64,000 bases of DNA, from assembly GCF_004010195.1 (NCBI RefSeq), contig NC_057718.1:43036395-43100394 (forward strand). Reading direction: 5' to 3'. The DNA is from Chiloscyllium plagiosum. Lineage: Eukaryota. A program made the position numbers and the translations under genes. Within the stretch, counting starts at the first letter, position 1, and every line of letters starts with the position of its first letter. Shown here piece by piece: positions 26,256-38,300 of this stretch. The notes under the pieces are model-generated. The model did no database searches, was not told where the DNA came from, and was given only the letters and a program-made list of their open reading frames with translations.

Positions 26256-29200
26256 ACATGTTGAACTATCAAACTGTAAGAGGGAGGGTAAGTGAAGGAA
26301 CTAATGGGTTTTTTCTAATCTCAAACGACCAGAGAAAGAGTTGAAATCAGTGTGATTACTTGAATGGAGGGCAATGTATTTAGAGTATAGCTCCTTTCTG
26401 TTAAAGATTGGTGAGCACCTGTTAACTATTTGTTTAGGCAAAAAAAAATTCACATTTAAAACGTGATCTTTTCTCCCCCTTTTTTCCCTCACTGAAGACG
26501 CTGGGGTGAAGTTCCACAAGTGTCGGCAGCCCTCCCTATCTTCGCCCAAGAGCCCATTCTACATGTGGAAGCTTAAACCGTGAGTATCGGCAGGTTGTCT
26601 CACTCTGAATGGTATAGAACCACTCAGCTCTTGATATCTGCAGATACACTTTCCATCACCCGGTCACTATTGTGCTGTAACCCTGACAATTTTACTTCCC
26701 TCTGTTCTTTTCCTCTTCCTTGGTCTAGAGATCTTGAGGTTGATTGCAGTATCCTATCACTATTCCATCTGAGATCATTGAACTCAGCATGGATCAGGGA
26801 CTGAGCTTGGGATGTTGCAATCCTGCATTGTTCAATGTCTGCCCAGTGGTGCATTTGACCTTACTAACCAAGCCAGAAAGCTAAATAATTTAGATTTTTT
26901 TGCTATATTTTCATAGTTACCATGCCCTCTTTCTCTCAAATCGAAGGTTTGTTGGATAACTTAAAAGAAAATATTTTTTACCTTTTATTAGGCTACATGA
27001 TCTTCCCATAATCTTGGACATTTCTGACCTGAAAACCAATACACCAGTAATTCTGAATCCTGAGTGAACAGTAACTGCAACTCCAGAAAGTAAATAAACA
27101 TACCTGAGATTAGAAAGAACTCCACTGACAGATTATTGTGTCTAAGGAATGCATTCAGGAGAGCTATAACTTGGTTTTGCATTCACACTGCACACCTGTT
27201 GAGTGACTGAAACTTTGGGAGGAGGGACTGGACAGAGACAAACCAACAAAGCAAATGGAGGTGAAGAGTGAGAACTCATCAGTTTGATTGCCAGTGCTTG
27301 ACACTTGGCAACAGGTCGAGTGTCTGCTATCTTAGTGGGGGTCTCATGCACAATAAGATGGGGGACATCGATGTAAGGCTCAGAAAAAAAGACACGTTGA
27401 AAGGGCATGGCAGTAACAGTTGTTGGAGCCAGAAAGGATATTTCTAGTGCACTGCAAGGTACCCTTCAGATTAATGAGGATTCACCCAAAAGATTTGTAA
27501 TCTATCTGGAGAAGGAAAAAAATTGAAATTAGAAGGAGTCTGCTTTTGCTTTGCTTTTGATAAAAAAAGGTGAGTAATAAATTCATCAAACTAAAAATGC
27601 AGGAGCTAATAGACTGCTCAAGTTTCAATGCATGGAAAATAGAAAGCGGGCTCCTATTACTGCGAAGATACACAGATGCTGTCTGCTTTAATCGCTTGGT
27701 CATGGTTGGCAGACAGTTAGTCATCACAGGCTATGACAGGGTGAAAGCAGGGTGCCAGCGTCCCTTTCAAGTGAAAATTTGATGCAGAAAACATTCTCTT
27801 TCTCCCTCCCTAGAAGTTAACAGCAACATTTTACTTCAAATCATTAGTCTCGCATAACTCAATCAATATGGATTTACTCAAAAATCAATTTCCTACCGCA
27901 AATATGATTGTTAAATAATTCACAAGTAACAAGCCCTCTGGCACCTGGAGGTTCAAGGGGGTAAGTACTGAACAAGATTTAAAGCAGATTTCAATTAAAT
28001 GGAGAGAAAAAAAATATTAACATTCAGTCAGGCTTTGAAACTTTTCTTCACTTGGTCAGAAAAATCTTTCTTTGGGATGGGGAGGGTGCAAGTGGAGGAA
28101 AGCGCAGGTGCAATGAAGCAACTTAAATGTTCAGCATATGTAAGTGCAATCTGAAAATCATTGTCTTGCAAAGAACATTTGAAATTGGTCCCTAATGGCC
28201 TCTGCTTTTGTCATATGGTCTTGATTATAACGATAAAATTGCATTGCCATGCCTTTAGTGAAAACGAGGTGGATGAATAATTGTTACGTGTATTGAATAC
28301 AGTGTGTGTATGTGTGTGCGTGTGAGTGAATCAGGGCAGTCACTGGACATATACTGTGTCTGTGCAGCAGTTTTCAAAGAGACCACCTCTCCTGCTGAAA
28401 GGTACCTGCTGTAGCAGCATTATTTTGTTGGGAAAACCAGCAGCATGCTTGAAGGTGTGTGGAAAGTTGGTGCAGATATGATGGCTGAATCTCTGTTTGC
28501 ATCAAGCTCAATAATAAATTCTAGCTAATTCATTTTTTATTCTCTCTTGGGGTCTGCTTGCAGACTTGACTTAACAGAGGAAGCATCATGTTACTTCCTT
28601 TAAATAATTGATGTCTCTCAGCCTAAGCCAGCTCAGAAGAAATCTGAAAATAGTGACTGATTAAGTAAATATGTAGCTTCTGCATTCCTGAAACGTGGGT
28701 GGGATTGCTGTCATTGGATCTTTATGCAGAGCTTTCCATTTTAGAGGATGTACATTTGACATATTGTCGTTGCTACCAAAACTGCCATTAAAGAGCCTGT
28801 TGTCCTTTTAGTTTGGCTGACGTAGGCAGGTTTCTGCTTATAATACAAAAATAATAGTTCTCCATAACCACTTCCACTACATACCAACCGTAGAAGTTTC
28901 TGAAAAATGTGATTTTTTTTCAATGAAATGCGCAGTAATGACTTCACAGTCTTTAATGTTTCAATGTGATCGTCATCACAAATCAATGATCCTGAGTGCT
29001 TGGCCAGTTGGCATATCCATACTGAAAGTTAGAGTCAGCAGAAAAACAAACCCAAAATGGGATAAAACTAACCCTTACAATTTACTGTATGTATTATTAA
29101 AAATAACAGATACCTAGTAGTGATTACAAGGCAGTAACCTAATCTCAGGGTTTAGATGACAGTTCTAAACCACTCAAGGTTTGCTCTTGTGGCTTATGAC

Positions 29201-29644
29201 ATCACCTGAACCCCTCTATTAAATTACTGCTTTGTAATCATTCTTTGGTAACCATTATTCTCCACTACACATGGCTTTGCTTATTTTTCAGTAATCCACT
29301 CTGAAAGAAAACTTATAACTTTTCAGTGACTGATGTAATGCCCTTTTAACATTGAGTCGAATATTCCTATCAACTTAATTGTCCTTTACCTTTGGAATTG
29401 TTTTGAACAGCGTGTTACATAGTGTAAAGAATAACCTGAGTTGCTGGTGAGTTACAACAAAAGTTTAATCACCTGTCTGTTGATAAAAGTTGTATGACTT
29501 TTGTTGTCTTGGTTCACAGTCCAAGGAAAGTTGTGATTGTTAGTTCAAGCCCTGATTGCTAGCAGCCCTAGTATCTTAGCTCAAAAGGACTACTACCTGT
29601 TTGGAAAATATATAATTAAAATAAAACCATATGATATTTTAGGA

Positions 29645-29830
29645 ATAAATTACTGCTGATGTTGGAATCTATAACTGAAAAACAACAAATGCTCGAGATC
29701 AGAGTGGGTCAGACAGGTCCATGGAGAGAGAGCAAACTAATGTTTCTAGCTGACTGTTCATTGGAGCTGATGTGAAGTGTGGAGGGGACAGCATTTATGC
29801 TATAGCTTGGGAGGGGTGGGGGTAGGGACC
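29645..29830 (-). mobile_element. Degraded Penelope-like 3' fragment
   Basis: actgctgatgttggaatct..aaatgctcgagatc..gggtcagacagg resembles the 39905-40025 family layout. Confidence 0.55.
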
Positions 29831-31051
29831 CATCACTATTTGTTCATTCAAAGAACAGAAGTAACTTTTGGCTTGTCCGTGAATGCGCTTGTTGTTCTTT
29901 ATGTATTTGGCTTTGCGCTCAGAGCTATATAGTTTGTGTATCTATGCAACTGACTTTTGTTCTTTTAGCTGGGTGCCTGCCAAGCATGGAAACAGCACAC
30001 ATAGTTGAATATCCAAGGTCAGAGGGACAAACGTCTGAATCAAATGAAAATATAAAAACTTGAGTCTTATATAACAGAAGATGTTAAGAAGCTTTCCATG
30101 TTTTCACCAAAGTTGCTTTGAACTCTGAATCAATCAGTGAATCAATCAAGGAAGCAATAAATTTGTAATAAATATGAAGCATTGCAATTCTCTGAAGAAA
30201 TGCTGAATCGTATACAAGTCTGAATGGCTATTACCCAACTTAATTGTGGAAAATAATGATTACATCACAGTAGTTAATAGGGATACTTTTATTGTCAGGC
30301 CAGCCAATGTATTAATGGAAAATTAAACAGTCTAAACTTTTTGTTGCAGTTTGCACCCTATGTAAAAAAAAAGAATAAGGAACAAAAATGAGCATGGTGC
30401 CTAACATTTTGAAGCAAATAGTAACACTGAAAGAAACTGAAGTGCATAGACTCGATAACCGGAGCATCAGGGTAAAAGATCTCCCTTATTTACCTGTAAT
30501 CCAGTTGTTGTCTGTAAAAGTGGTGTTGCAATGCTGTTCCATAGTGAAATTGGTGGGGTGGAGATAATGCAAATCAGGGACGATGATACTCCATGTCATT
30601 CTTGTGCATCTCAATGAAATTATTTCTGTGATAAGGCCAGAGACTTGAGAGACCCTTGGCCACATTTGTTGGCATGTCCTTGAAAAACATACCTGCACTG
30701 TAGCAGGAAGGTTAAGTTGTACTGAGGAGAAAACAAGTTTAAAGTAAGGGTAATAATATGGAAAATTTAATGTGATGGCAGCCTAAGAGTCACAATGCAT
30801 TCCAAATGATACATATTTAAAATTAACCAGATGCCATATATACTAATTCTACAAAATTTAGTTTCAAATAACCATTATATCTTGCCATTTACGTGCTGAG
30901 TATTAAGAATACAGTGAAGAATCTGGTATCACAAACTCGCGAACTGTGGCATTCCAGAAAGCCATGTTATTTTAAGTTTCTAAATGTAATATATAAATTA
31001 CATTGGTAAGAAAATTGACCATCTATTTCAGTTGTATCAAAATAGCTGTGA

Positions 31052-31103
31052 GTATATGTGTGTGCGCACATGCATGTATGTGTGTGCATGTGTGTGCATA
31101 TGT
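31052..31103. repeat. 52-nt uninterrupted alternating purine-pyrimidine tract
   Basis: gtatatgtgtgtgcgcacatgcatgtatgtgtgtgcatgtgtgtgcatatgt. Confidence 0.9.
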
Positions 31104-31370
31104 CAGTCCCTTGAACCAGGATGACATTTGCTTATGGCAAGAATCTGCCCATGAAGTCTTTTAAGTTGGAAGAGGTTGTATATTGCAGCCACCACACATT
31201 CCTAGCTGACCAGGAGACTCTCCCACTCTCGCGACCTGCCTTCAGCATATCAGATGGATTTGCAGATTGATAATCAACTTTTTTTGTCATGTCAGGACAC
31301 ACCTTCTATGGCCATCGATTTCTGTGGTAGGACCTGAATCCGAACCTTCTGGCCTAGAGTAGGAGTATTG
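31104..31370. mobile_element. Degraded RTE-like LINE/SINE fragment
   Basis: cagtcccttgaaccaggatgac..tgcagccaccacac and a tRNA-like reverse end (ggacctgaatccgaaccttctgg); from recalled consensus only. Confidence 0.35.
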
Positions 31371-31909
31371 TAGTTAGTAAGTTCTCCTCCAGGTAAACTA
31401 TCTTTTTGCAATAATGCAGTATTTTAACTATTTAGATATTTTCACCAAAGGTGGTATTCAGCAGTTCAACTGTATGACAGACACAAATCGCTAATTGATA
31501 CTAGACAGCGCACATTATTAAATTTTGTCACTAATTACTAAACTGTGCAAAAAATAATGCATTACAATAATTTTATTCTACAAATTTTGTCATAAAGCTT
31601 ACTTGTGGCTACTGGGATATTCGGACGCCATTCTTATCATTTGAGATTGACAAATATCTGAACGCTATGATGCATAACAATTTACTGGTACCTGTTCACT
31701 GAATCTGGTAAGTGAGGAATGTCATAGTTCGGATTTTGCAGTCAGTGGAGAAAGAATAGCACTTTCCACTAAATTCCAAAAAAGTTACTCACAAACATCT
31801 AGCAAGTCTCCTTTCCAGTTTTTGATGTCAATTTTATTCTGATGCTAGCTGTAGGGGATTCTTGATTCAGGGAACAATAAAGTCGTTGAGCAGCCTGAGC
31901 ACCTAATCA

Positions 31910-32075
31910 AATCAAAACCTTGGAACTCCATCCCTAATAGCACTGTGTGTGCACCTACTCTATATAGACTGCAATGATTCAGGAAGGTAACTCACCACCA
32001 CCTTCTCAAGGGCAATTGGGAATTGGCAGTAGTTCCTGGTCCAGCCTGCGATGCCTGTATCCTGAGTAGTAATTT
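31910..32075 (+). mobile_element. LINE (CR1/L2-clade) 3' tail, copy 1
   Basis: tggaactcc..cctaatagcactgtg..caccaccaccttctcaagggcaattggg; homologous to 39352-39505 and 33930-34185. Confidence 0.7.
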
Positions 32076-32742
32076 TTTTAAAAATTGTATAATCTCCACA
32101 CAGACATCAAGCCCATAAGCAAAAGCACTGTTCATCATTCAATTTTTAGCCAATTTAGAATGACCAAAATAACCACTGGGGTTGAGGCACAAGCTGAAAT
32201 ATCATAAAATTTGTAAAAGATATAAATACTTATTTTCGTCACTTTAAGAATCTGTGAAATTTTTATTATAGAGTGAACGACCCTCCAGATTTTTCAAACT
32301 AGGTTTTCAAGGTGAAAGTTTGTTCAGTAGTTACAATTTTGAACAACATTAAAAACTCAATTACACCTCATTCAACAAGGCACAGCACTTTTAATTCTTG
32401 TTTACAGTGAGAAAACAGCATTAAAAGTTGAAGGTCACATAAATCACTAATTTCTATGATGTTTGCATCTGCAAAGACTGTAAGTATCCTGTGGAGGAGC
32501 AGGGTATTCCTGACAGCAACGTTTAAACTTCTGCATTTAACCATGCATGTGTGCATAACAGAATTGCTGTCCGTTTTACAGAGTTTTGACACTGATGACA
32601 GTTCTTCCATCATTATAACCACAACATCTGACCCCAAATCTTCCATATATTGGAATATAAATATCCAACTCTATCAGCCATTAACAATGGAGAAAAACAA
32701 ATTAAAATATACAATTTTCAACATGAAGCATACATCGTTTTG

Positions 32743-33089
32743 AGAATCATAGAATCCCTACAGTGTGGAAACTTTTGGCCCTTTGGCTCTTTGGCCCAAC
32801 AACTCCATACTGGCCCTCTGAAGTGGAGCCCACCCAGACGCATTCCCCTACCCTATATTTCCACATTATCCCTGACTAATGCACCTAACCTACACATCCC
32901 TGAACACTATGGGCAATTTAGCATGGCCAGTTCACCGAACCTGCACATCTTTGGATTGTGGGAGGAAACCCATGCAGACACAGGGCGAACGTGCAAACTC
33001 CACACAGACAGTCCCTCAGGGCTGGAATCGAACCTGGATCCCCAGTGCTGTGAGACAGCAATGCTAACGACTGAGCCACTGTGCCGCCC
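32743..33089 (-). mobile_element. HE1-type V-SINE (tRNA-derived), full length
   Basis: The minus strand begins GGGCGGCACAGTGGCTCAGTCGTTAGC (A box) with a GGTTCGATTCC B box, a V-domain and a CR1-like tail ending in ATTCT-type repeats. GAGAAT duplicated at 32742-32747 and 33090-33095. Confidence 0.9.
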
Positions 33090-33553
33090 GAGAATTAAGT
33101 ATTTTTTACATTATTTTTCCCAATTGAAAAATACATAACATGAGCATTCATTTTAAAAAGACTCATCATAGATCTTCACATGCAGGTTAACTTTCCAAAA
33201 ATATTTGAGTCAGACACTTCTCTACCCAGACCCCATATGATCAGTAAAGATTGTGGCAGCAAGTTTTAGAAACTGATTTTACAGAAGATTAACATTAACT
33301 GAAATTTATGTATATATGAAAACCTGTTCTTTATAGCACTGTGGATAAATCTTTGTGCATAACATTTCAAGCTATACATTTTTGACACGTATCATTAAAA
33401 TTGTAAATGCATGTCAGGAAAATTGAAATTTTAGGACTTGGAGTTTTTTTTCAAATTCCATTTGGCCCATAATTTTATTTTTTAAAAACCAAACAGTGCC
33501 AAAATGTCTTCAAATGCAAACCGGTGAGTCTTAGCTCTGTTGTCAGGAATGTC

Positions 33554-33643
33554 GCTGAAAATGTGTTGCTGGAAAAGCGCAGCAGGTCAGGCAGCATCCA
33601 GGGAACAGGAGAATCGACGTTTCGGGCATAAGCCCTTCTTCAG
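33554..33643 (-). mobile_element. ~90-bp Penelope-like micro-insertion with minimal hammerhead motif
   Basis: Minus strand CTGAAGA-A-GGGC-TTAT-GCCC-GAA-ACGT-C (33643-33616). TCAGGAATGTC repeated at 33543-33553 and 33640-33650. Confidence 0.85.
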
Positions 33644-33929
33644 GAATGTCTCCAAGACTGTGTCGTGGGTTAGCATAGCAATGATTTGAAAGGTCTGACA
33701 AAAAGAGAATCTGTATGGAATCATAAGCCAGTGATCATCTATGACCAGTTTGTTGGATTAATTTGAGTGTTGGTTAGCAAACTAGTGAACATTGGAATGA
33801 GGCAACAGAATTTTGAAATGTGCTAGAGTTGGGAGAGAGATGCTGAAGTAGTATTTTAGCAAGAAGGTTGGACAATGTTGGATTGGCTTATGAATGGGGG
33901 TTATAAGTAAACCGTTCAAATCTTCGAGG

Positions 33930-34185
33930 ACATCTCTGTAACTGCATGTTGAATGTCACGCCAAATGGACTGATGCAGTTCAAGATGTCTAACTATTACC
34001 CTCTCAATGACAACCACCTGATGAAGGTGCGGCACTCTGAAAGCTAGTGCTTCCAAACAAACCTGTTGGACCGTAACCTGGTATTGTGTGATTTTTAACT
34101 TTGTCCAACCCTCTCAAGGACAATAGGGATATGTAATAAATGTTGGCCTTGCCAGCAATACGCACATCCCGTGAATTAATGTAAG
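33930..34185 (+). mobile_element. LINE 3' tail, copy 2, split by a Penelope-like insertion
   Basis: atggactgatgcagttcaag..accctctcaa [insertion] ggacaataggga..aataaatgttggccttgccagc; collinear with 31910-32075 once 34008-34117 is removed. Confidence 0.7.
34008..34107 (+). mobile_element. ~100-bp Penelope-like insertion with hammerhead motif
   Basis: CAC-CTGATGA-(decayed stem II)-GAA-AGCT-A-GTG at 34015-34049. ACCCTCTCAA duplicated at 33998-34007 and 34108-34117. Confidence 0.85.
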
Positions 34186-34653
34186 TTGGACAAATATCTT
34201 GAACAGAAACACATTGGATACAACTGTCAGGGTAATTGGAAAGATAGATACAGAATGTATATTCCTTTCCACTTCAAATGTTTCTATGTCGCAATGTTTC
34301 ATAAAGTGGCTGCATGTTCGATGACAAAAGTCAACGGTACTCATGAAAGGCCTCAGTTATCCTAATCGCTTGTTGAAATTCACAACTGTTGTTTTGTAGT
34401 TTCAATTTTCAAAGTCCTATAAAACTCTCAGACAAAATATTCTGCAAGGAACCTTTATTTTTCAGGTAACACTGAATTGAGTACAGCGGTGTTGACATTA
34501 ATCAAAATGTACTAATTCAAAGGTGAACTCAGTAAGTAGAGACCTGGCCTATAGAATTCAACATAACCAATTTTAAGTCAAAAACCTTTATTAATCAAAT
34601 GGGGATTTACTTGAAGCTACAACACAGAAAACATATCTTGGCTTTTGCATGTA

Positions 34654-34871
34654 CAATCAGTTCTGCTATAATGCGTGTTTCTTCAGTGCGATTGGCTTTA
34701 GCGTGATTGAAGAATTTAGACCGTTATTTGTAGAATGCAAACTTTCGTTACCTGTATTGTCTAAAACACGATTCTGGCCCCATTAGTTTAAGTAGCATGG
34801 GTCTTGCACGATTTTCTTATAATGGTAAATTTCACGAGAACAGGACTATTGCCATATATCAGAACTGAGTG
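34654..34871. mobile_element. Tc1/mariner-superfamily (pogo/Tigger-like) MITE, copy 1
   Basis: TA-CAATCAGTTCTGCTATA ... TATATCAGAACTGAGTG inverted termini. Homologous in opposite orientation to 36786-37004 (ccccattagtttaa / tttaaactaatggg). Confidence 0.7.
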
Positions 34872-34889
34872 TTTTGAAGAAAACAAATC

Positions 34890-35395
34890 AGACGTTAGCA
34901 TGCCTGTCAAAAATGTGACTTAAAAGTGCAAAGCAGTAATGTTGAAGTTATTTGAGGCTTTGGTGAAGCTGCATCTATGCAGTGTTTGCTTATGATCTGG
35001 GTATCCAGATGAATTATTGATGGGGTTCAGAAGAGGGTTAAAAGGTTAATTCCTGGTTACAGAGGGTTGAGTTCAGAGGAAAGAATGTCTAGTTCAAAAC
35101 CTTCCTCTCAGGAAAGGAGAGGTATTTGAAAGAGCTTTGTAAAAAAGAAATATGCTCATGGAGAATTTGGATCCAGCAGATATTTTTTCTGTCAGATATA
35201 GACTTTAAGAAGTCATGTGAAGGATGCTAACAGAAATATAGACATTTTTAAGTTGTAGTAAGGGAGTGATAGAAATACAGCAGGCTGTGAATAACCATGT
35301 TTGAGTGAGAAGACTGCACAGCTCTGCACAGTTAACTTTGGAAATACAGACAGGAACACATTGGATGGTTTGTGTGATAAGTCGGATGGACAAAG
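34890..35395 (+). mobile_element. Old degraded CR1 ORF2 3' fragment
   Basis: gtaatgttgaagttatttgaggctttggtg..ggggttcagaagagg..agagggttgagttcagaggaaaga parallels 62230-62400. Confidence 0.6.
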
Positions 35396-35399
35396 GATC

Positions 35400-35765
35400 T
35401 CTCCATCCTTCTGTCCATGGACTCTATTTACGTAGCTCACGGAAAGACTGCCAACATGATCAAAGACCCTTCGCTCCCCAGTAATGATCTCCTATAATCT
35501 CTTCTATCAGATAGAAGATACAGAAGCCTGTGACCACATGTACCAGTAGGTTCAGAGACAGCTTCTTCCTGGTCATTATTAGACTATTGAATAGACTCTC
35601 TAGCCTCCAACAATGCTGATCATGCTAACATTGATCTCTCTTGTACGCCCAGTGTGATGTTACCGTATGCCTCTTTCTCATTCTTTTGTTCTGCACATCC
35701 TTGTTTACTATGATCTGCCTGTACTGCTCATAAATAAAGCTTTTCACTGTATTTCAGTACAGATT
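35400..35765 (+). mobile_element. Rex1/Babar-type LINE 3' end
   Basis: Translates to MIKDPSLPSNDLL*SLLSDRRYRSL..TSRFRDSFFLVIIRLLN, matching the IIKDPSHP..LPSGRRYRSL..RF.NSFFP..IRLLN terminal motif; AATAAA near 35733. Confidence 0.75.
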
Positions 35766-35771
35766 TGAACT

Positions 35772-36510
35772 ACAGGCTGGTCTGTTTTCCCTGAAGCATT
35801 GGAGGCTGAGGGGTGATCTCATAGCATGATGGCACAGTGGTTAGCACTGCTGCCTCACAGCGCCAGAGACCCAGGTTCAATTCCCACCACAGGTGACTGA
35901 CTGCACAGGTGTGGAGTTTGCACGCTCTCCCCGTGTCTGCGTGGGTTTCCTCCGGGTGCTCCGGTTTCCTCTCACAGTCCAACAAAAATGTGCAGGTTAG
36001 GTGAATTGGCCATGCTAAATTGCCCGTAGGGTTAGGTGAAGGGGTAAATGTAGGGGAATGGGTCTGGGTGGGTTGCGCTTCGGCGGATCGGTGTGGAGTT
36101 GTTGGGCTGAAGGGCCTGTTTCCACGCTGGAAGTAATCTAATCTAATCTAAAATCACGAGGGGCATGGATAGGGTAAATACACAAGGTCTTTTCACTGGG
36201 GTGGGGGAGTCCAGAACTAGAGGGCATAGGTTTAGGGTGAGAGGGGAAAGATTTAAAAGGAACCTAAGGGGCAACTTTTTCATGCAGTGGGTGGTGTGTG
36301 TATGGAATGAGCTGCCAGAGGAAGTGGTGGAGGCTAGCACAATTACAACATTTAAAAGGCATTTGGATGGGTACATGAATAGGAAAGGTTTAGAAGGATA
36401 TGGACAAAGTGCTGGCAAATGGGAGTAGATTAGGTTAGGATATCTGGTCGGCATGGACAAGTTGGACTGATGGGTTTGTTTTCGTACTGTACATCTCTGT
36501 GACTCAATGA
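35772..36510 (+). mobile_element. HER1/CR1 LINE 3' end interrupted by an HE1 SINE
   Basis: 35772-35824 plus 36149-36510 align with 62401-62817. ORF 36165-36428 (RTRGH..LRGNFF..WNELPEEVVEA..FKRHLD). Confidence 0.9.
35824..36150 (+). mobile_element. HE1-type V-SINE
   Basis: TGGCACAGTGGTTAGC A box, GGTTCAATTCC B box, V-domain gtgtggagtttgcacgctctccccgtgtctgcgtgggtttcctccggg, tail (AATCT)n. Confidence 0.92.
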
Positions 36511-36785
36511 TAAGTGACAATAAATCAATCACTCAATCAACCCTGCCCAAAATCGCTTTGTTGTGCCATGTCATCATTTTCACATTAGCAGAAATTCTGC
36601 AAATGCTTCTAGCAATCAACAAATTAATTTATATGATCAAGAAGTGCTGCAGACAAAGACATGAGATCAGTTGAAAGATTTTTGAAAGAGAGAAGAGAGA
36701 TGGTTCAGGTGCAGACCTTTCATTGGAATTGAGTGTAATAATATTTTTGTTTTACCTAAACATAACGTAAATAATTTACACAGTA

Positions 36786-37004
36786 CAGTCGGATTTGTCG
36801 TAATGTGGTAGTTCCATTCCCGTGCAACCCCGTGTCATAAGAAACTCATGTAATAGTAGCATGGTTTAAACTAATGGGACAGGAATTGTGTTATAATCAA
36901 TCCATGCATTAAAAGTTTGCACTATAGAAACAGTGTCCCCAATTCATCAATTGTGTTACAGCGAATTCACATTAATAAAATGTGCATTACAGCAAAATGA
37001 CCTG
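36786..37004. mobile_element. Tc1/mariner-superfamily MITE, copy 2
   Basis: TA-CAGTCGGATTTGTCGTAATG ... CATTACAGCAAAATGACCTG-TA; TA on both sides. Confidence 0.75.
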
Positions 37005-37257
37005 TAGGCATTTACTTGAAGATCTCTTGTGGGTTTACTTGCAGTTAAACTAGCGTAAACTGTATAGAGTATTTCCCAGATACAGCTGTGCCTTGACTGT
37101 AGTCATGTGATAACATCTGGGTACTTGGCTCATTTGCATGTTGAGCTCTTAATGGGACATTACCTTTAAAGCTGCTTATGCAACATCAAGGTCTGAGGAA
37201 CTGTCTATATTTATTGTTCGAGTTATAGAGTCATAAAGCACAGAACTGGAAAGTAAA

Positions 37258-37358
37258 TTTCCTGTCATCTCCACAGGTGCTGATAGACCTACTGTATGTT
37301 TTTCACATTTTCTGATTTTGTTTCAGATATCCAACATCTGCCACATTTTGCTTTTTGA
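37258..37358 (+). mobile_element. Short Penelope-like 3' fragment
   Basis: tctccacaggtgctgatagacctactg..tttcagatatccaacatctgc resembles 16310-16400. Confidence 0.55.
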
Positions 37359-37879
37359 AGTCAGGTTCCTTTGCCTGTAGTTTGTATATTATGCATAGGA
37401 TGTATAACGTTCTGTAATTTGTTAATCCCCTGACATAATTGGACTTGTCGTAAATTTCTTTACCAAAGGCCACCTGCCATACATTTGGAGGGGGTGTCGG
37501 GTAGTAATTGCTACTTCCTAAATGAATGTGTAGCAACAAATCTCATCTTAATAGTACAAATTGACAGAGCAGTAGATTACCCTCTTAGCCTGGAATTTGT
37601 TTGGGGCCATCAATAAAAATGACTAATTTGATTATTGACCAGCTCTGCTCTTGCATTTTTATAGTGATTATTATACAAGTAATAATTGAATTTAGAGAAG
37701 GGAAAGATTAGGCTATAATTTTCCCCTTCCTAAAGCAATGAACAAACTTACAGATAAATAGGGACTACAATTTATGCAAATCTCAACTAGCAAAATAAAT
37801 ATAATAGTTCATATCCAATAAATTTGAGTCAGATATTTCTTTTAGATTTGAACAATATTTCAACGGAGATTACCTATTT

Positions 37880-38300
37880 AGGATCACAGAAATTATAGCA
37901 GAAGGTCATTTGGCCCATCATTTCTGATGCTAAGGCTTCAGCTCTATTTATCTACATTAACCTTACTTCCTCTCCTTTTTCCAAATTCTTTTACATTTCA
38001 TTTCAAATACTTATCCAGTTTCTTTAAAATGTTGCAGCACTCACTGCCTTAATTGTAGTTTGTGGTAAGGACTTCAATATTTTAAAGATATTCTTGTGAA
38101 CAAAATCTCTATTAACTTTCTCCTACATTCTTCTAATGATAATCTTCTGTCTGTGACCCTTTGTTACCAATTCACTAGCCACTGGAAACAATCCAACATT
38201 GTTCACCTTCTCAAAACCTTTTTGTAATGTTGAAAATCACTATTGCGTTTCCTTAATCTTTTATACTGAATTGTTTCTCTCCTTGCTTATCTTACCATGA
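37880..38300 (-). mobile_element. Degraded CR1 3' end
   Basis: Begins agaaggtcatttggcccatc (reverse CR1 tail), followed by pyrimidine-rich reverse ORF2-like sequence. Confidence 0.55.

Noticed and set aside
29969..30017. Strong acceptor (CTGAC-TTTTGTTCTTTTAG|) with a downstream ATG
   Set aside because: The donor AAG|GTCAGA is weak, the peptide is unrecognised and the read-through frame closes after 25 codons; unsupported without RNA data.
32650..33138. 162-aa ORF
   Set aside because: Mostly the antisense of an HE1 SINE.
35830..35900. tRNA gene (A and B boxes)
   Set aside because: It is the tRNA-derived head of a SINE, continuing into the V-domain; no cloverleaf or poly-T terminator.
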